This document shows, piece after piece, positions 61,217 to 64,000 of a DNA stretch of 64,000 nt (its first letter is position 1; each line of letters starts with the position of its first letter). Source of the DNA: Candidatus Altimarinota bacterium (GTDB taxonomy: Bacteria; Patescibacteriota; Gracilibacteria; UBA1369). The stretch lies in contig JBGSVP010000003.1 in the NCBI GenBank assembly GCA_041752875.1, forward strand, positions 122,803 through 186,802, read 5' to 3'. Below the pieces are notes generated by a model. It did not search any database and had not been told where the DNA came from. It worked only from the letters and a program-made list of their open reading frames with translations. Position numbers and translations under genes: made by a program.

Positions 61217-62578
61217 ATGAAAAAAATAAAAAAAGCGAAAAATATCAAAAACGATAATAGGAATAAGAGCATAGAGAAGGCCAGGGAAGATCTTATGATG
61301 AAAAAATATCTTCTGATTGGTGCAGTGGCCGTTACTATGGCAGTCGGTGTACTGTTTAGTCTGACGGCCTTGAGAGGTGATAACGAAACTACTACGGCGA
61401 GCGTATTGATTAATAATTCCCGTAGAGTAGCTGCCGTTAATCAACAGACAGCGGAGACAGATTTCGAAAGATGCGGAAAATTTAAAGATGTGACTCCGGC
61501 CATGAGTTCCTGTGCGTTGACCCGTGCCATGCGCGACCGGAACATCTTCTCCGGCGACGCAAACGGTAATTTTAGACCGAACGATCCCGTTTCCAGAGCG
61601 GAATTTGCAAAGATCATCAGTATCGCTCTGTACGGGCTGAACATAAAGGTGGAAGATTCAAATGGAGTGCGTGGTGAAAATATGGGATTCCGTGATCTTA
61701 GGGGCAACCACTGGGCGTTTCCGTACATCAAGATCGCCAAACTGAAGAAGCTCATCGGCGGTTATCCGGATGGCACCTTTGGGATGGACAAGCTGGTAAC
61801 GCGCGCCGAATTCGCGAAGATGCTCTATTCGCAAATATCCGACATATCCAAAAAAATTGCCGAAGCTACGGCTTTTGTGAAAGGAAACTGGCGCGATCCA
61901 TATACGACACTGGGATTCAAAGAGGGCCAGTGGTATACGGATTATCTGATGATGCTGATTTATGCGGATTCGAAAGGTAAATTTCTGCAGGAGTGCAGCG
62001 ATAAAGGCAAAATCTGCCCCGAAAGACCGATTACCAGAATAGAAATCGCCGCGGCTTTGATAAGCCTGAATACGACCTATGATCTGCCCGTTGGTTTCGG
62101 GAAGGACGACAAACAGGTGACCGGCGAAATCAGCAAAGATAACTGTGCCAGAATCAGAAGACTCTCCAACATCACAGGCATTTTGCAGGACCTTGGTATC
62201 AATAAAGATGTCGTTACCAGATGCTCCAATTCACCTTTTGGAAAAGATACAGATGAAACTATGGATCTTCATCCTGTAGCGCCAAAGCTTCCCGGTGACA
62301 TAACCGAAGAAATAACTTTAGCTAATTGCGAAAAAATTCGCGCTCTCTCCAACATGACTGAGACATTACAAAATCTTGGCATATCCACAGGAATAATCAG
62401 AAAATGCGCGCAAACATACATTGATAAATGGAATCCTTCCGCAATAAGCAGCAGTGTTTCATACAACAACTGCCAGAAAATCCGTGACCTTAATAACATG
62501 ACAGCTACACTGCAGAATCTCGGCATCGAAATTTCTATCATGAATAGATGCGCTACAGCCTATCCTGACATGTGGTAG
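61217..62578 (+). CDS. SLH-domain surface protein with three C-terminal Cys-bracketed repeats
   Basis: SLH repeats (FSGDANGNFRPNDPVSRAEFAKII and IGGYPDGTFGMDKLVTRAEFAKML). Three repeats of about 45 aa follow the pattern NC.KIR.LSNMT.TLQNLGI......RC. The true start is probably the ATG at 61295 (MMKKYLLIGAVAV signal peptide). Confidence 0.75.
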   Translation: MKKIKKAKNIKNDNRNKSIEKAREDLMMKKYLLIGAVAVTMAVGVLFSLTALRGDNETTTASVLINNSRRVAAVNQQTAETDFERCGKFKDVTPAMSSCALTRAMRDRNIFSGDANGNFRPNDPVSRAEFAKIISIALYGLNIKVEDSNGVRGENMGFRDLRGNHWAFPYIKIAKLKKLIGGYPDGTFGMDKLVTRAEFAKMLYSQISDISKKIAEATAFVKGNWRDPYTTLGFKEGQWYTDYLMMLIYADSKGKFLQECSDKGKICPERPITRIEIAAALISLNTTYDLPVGFGKDDKQVTGEISKDNCARIRRLSNITGILQDLGINKDVVTRCSNSPFGKDTDETMDLHPVAPKLPGDITEEITLANCEKIRALSNMTETLQNLGISTGIIRKCAQTYIDKWNPSAISSSVSYNNCQKIRDLNNMTATLQNLGIEISIMNRCATAYPDMW

Positions 62579-62605
62579 GAGAGAAACTCGTGACGTCGAA
62601 CAGAT

Positions 62606-64000
62606 ATGAAAAAATCGAAAAAAATATCGTTCCATCCTTTTTTGCTGATATTACTCCTGCCGTTCGCGTATAATCCGATCTTTGGCGCGAACCCGAGTGA
62701 AATCCCCAAGACAGCTTTCTTCCTTATGTTTCTGGCAGTCATGACTATTTTCAGCCTTTTCAGGGATTGCGGGCAGAAAATCGGGGAGTTAAGGTTCAAC
62801 AAAAAGATTTTGATTTTCACATCCCTGTTCGTGTTTTCAGCGCTGGTTTCGACGTTTTTTTCGGTTTCTCCGCAGGAAAGTCTTTTCGGCCAGTATTTCG
62901 ATATAAAAGGTCTTCTTCCTCTTCTAACCTGGATACTTTTCTTCGTCTACGCTTTGATGTACTCGCAGGAAAGTGAGGATAAGAGAGGTCTTTTGTTTGG
63001 AATTGAGCTGATTGGCCTTGTCTGTGCCGCATATGCCGTTTCACAGCGACTTACTACCGATTACAGCAGTGTATTCGGTGCAGGTCAGCTTTTTGGCGGA
63101 AGAGTCTATTCTTTCTTCTCCAATCCCAACGATTTCGGCGAATATCTTATTTTTCCGTTCTTTGCCGCTTTAATAAATCTGGTCAGAAACAGGAAGAATA
63201 AGATCATGTATCTGCATATCGCTTCTTTAGCTCTTATTTCGATTGCTCTTCTGCTGTCGGTCAATCGCGGATCCATTCTGGCGATAGTCGTGGGGCTTGT
63301 CGTCTATTTTTTCCTTAAGACAAAAGACCGGAAAGCCAGGATGATAGGTGGATTGGCGGTCCTTGGTGTTATTATCTTCGGGCTGATAGTCTTTTTGACC
63401 AGTGAACGTTCGTTATTGTCCAGATTCGTGCTTTGGGCTGGGTCTCTCCGGCTGTTTCTTGAAAGTCCTTTGATTGGCTTCGGTCCATCGAGTTTCCCCA
63501 CAGTAATCCAGCATGTGCTTTCTCCGGAAATCTACAACTACGAGCAGATGTTGGCTTTGCCCAACCATCCTCACAACGAGACACTGTCTCTGCTGGTAAG
63601 CCAGGGATTGTTAGGTGTAGCCGTGGCCGGTACGTTCCTTTTCTATATTCTAAGTAATGGGATAAAGAAGGCGCTTAAGGAAAACGATAATGTTCTGCAT
63701 TACGCAATCATCACATTAGTCGCGACACTTGTGACTGCGCAATTTACATATCTCCAGATTACACATATCGCGTATGTAATCGTTTCTATCGCTTTGGTTT
63801 GCGTAATTTCGTTGAAGCAGGAGGTATCATCTTTCTATAGACATACAGTCCGACTGAACTGGGTCAGATTACCTCTGGGCTTGGCGATAATCTTTTTGAT
63901 GTCTTATTGCTCTGTGCAGATTGCCGTCACAGACCATCTTTTGGGTAAAGCCATGGGGATGTCATTTTCCTCCCAGCACAAGTCGGCGAAAGAATTCGAC
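62606..64000 (+). CDS. O-antigen ligase / Wzy_C-family polytopic membrane protein (3' end beyond window)
   Basis: My own translation of the frame starting at ATG 62606 is open to the window edge (465 codons). It gives MKKSKKISFHPFLLILLLPFAY...SVNRGSILAIVVG...PLIGFGPSSF...LPNHPHNETLSLLVSQGLLG, which are Wzy_C/O-antigen-ligase hallmarks. The ORF is missing from the track because it is edge-truncated. Confidence 0.75.
   Translation, partial: MKKSKKISFHPFLLILLLPFAYNPIFGANPSEIPKTAFFLMFLAVMTIFSLFRDCGQKIGELRFNKKILIFTSLFVFSALVSTFFSVSPQESLFGQYFDIKGLLPLLTWILFFVYALMYSQESEDKRGLLFGIELIGLVCAAYAVSQRLTTDYSSVFGAGQLFGGRVYSFFSNPNDFGEYLIFPFFAALINLVRNRKNKIMYLHIASLALISIALLLSVNRGSILAIVVGLVVYFFLKTKDRKARMIGGLAVLGVIIFGLIVFLTSERSLLSRFVLWAGSLRLFLESPLIGFGPSSFPTVIQHVLSPEIYNYEQMLALPNHPHNETLSLLVSQGLLGVAVAGTFLFYILSNGIKKALKENDNVLHYAIITLVATLVTAQFTYLQITHIAYVIVSIALVCVISLKQEVSSFYRHTVRLNWVRLPLGLAIIFLMSYCSVQIAVTDHLLGKAMGMSFSSQHKSAKEFD

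Noticed and set aside
1-64000. CRISPR arrays, rRNA genes, alternative genetic code (UGA recoding)
   Set aside because: No regularly spaced short direct repeats were seen and no rRNA-like sequence was found. Long housekeeping ORFs (leuS, pnp, lon, the P-type ATPase) are uninterrupted in the standard code, so recoding need not be invoked.

Overview
This is a gene-dense bacterial window of about 60 genes with very short intergenic spacers. Almost no start codon has a recognisable Shine-Dalgarno sequence, and ORFs are intact in the standard genetic code. Mid-range GC is an eyeball estimate only.

The gene content suggests an uncultivated, reduced-genome lineage that may be CPR/Patescibacteria-like. 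That placement is an inference, based on a type IV minor-pilin operon, SLH-anchored surface proteins, two secreted Staphylococcal-type nucleases, large cell-wall hydrolases and little biosynthesis.

Recognisable housekeeping genes are sucDC, trxA, tsaB, rsmI, leuS, rpsO, pnp, a guanine-deaminase-like amidohydrolase, a UPF0016/Gdt1 transporter next to a P-type Ca/Mn-class ATPase, tRNA-Gly(GCC), tRNA-Phe(GAA), lon, cdaA-cdaR, ychF, a Rel/SpoT homologue and mnmA.

The main accessory feature is a 13-kb locus at 27.4-40.7 kb. It has two divergent operons built around a CobS/MoxR-class AAA+ ATPase and an 817-aa HExxH/VWA-like partner. Seven paralogs of a protein family I do not recognise surround them. 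The paralogs share an N-terminal module and a C-terminal R-C-R-P-S motif. The locus also shows a recent 0.96-kb duplication, a mosaic paralog and an interposed AAA_14/DUF4143-type ATPase gene.

Just beyond tRNA-Phe, a consensus extended -10 promoter drives about 590 nt with no long ORF. This stretch contains two covarying long-hairpin modules and is a candidate large structured RNA.

No CRISPR array, rRNA, integrase or transposase was seen.
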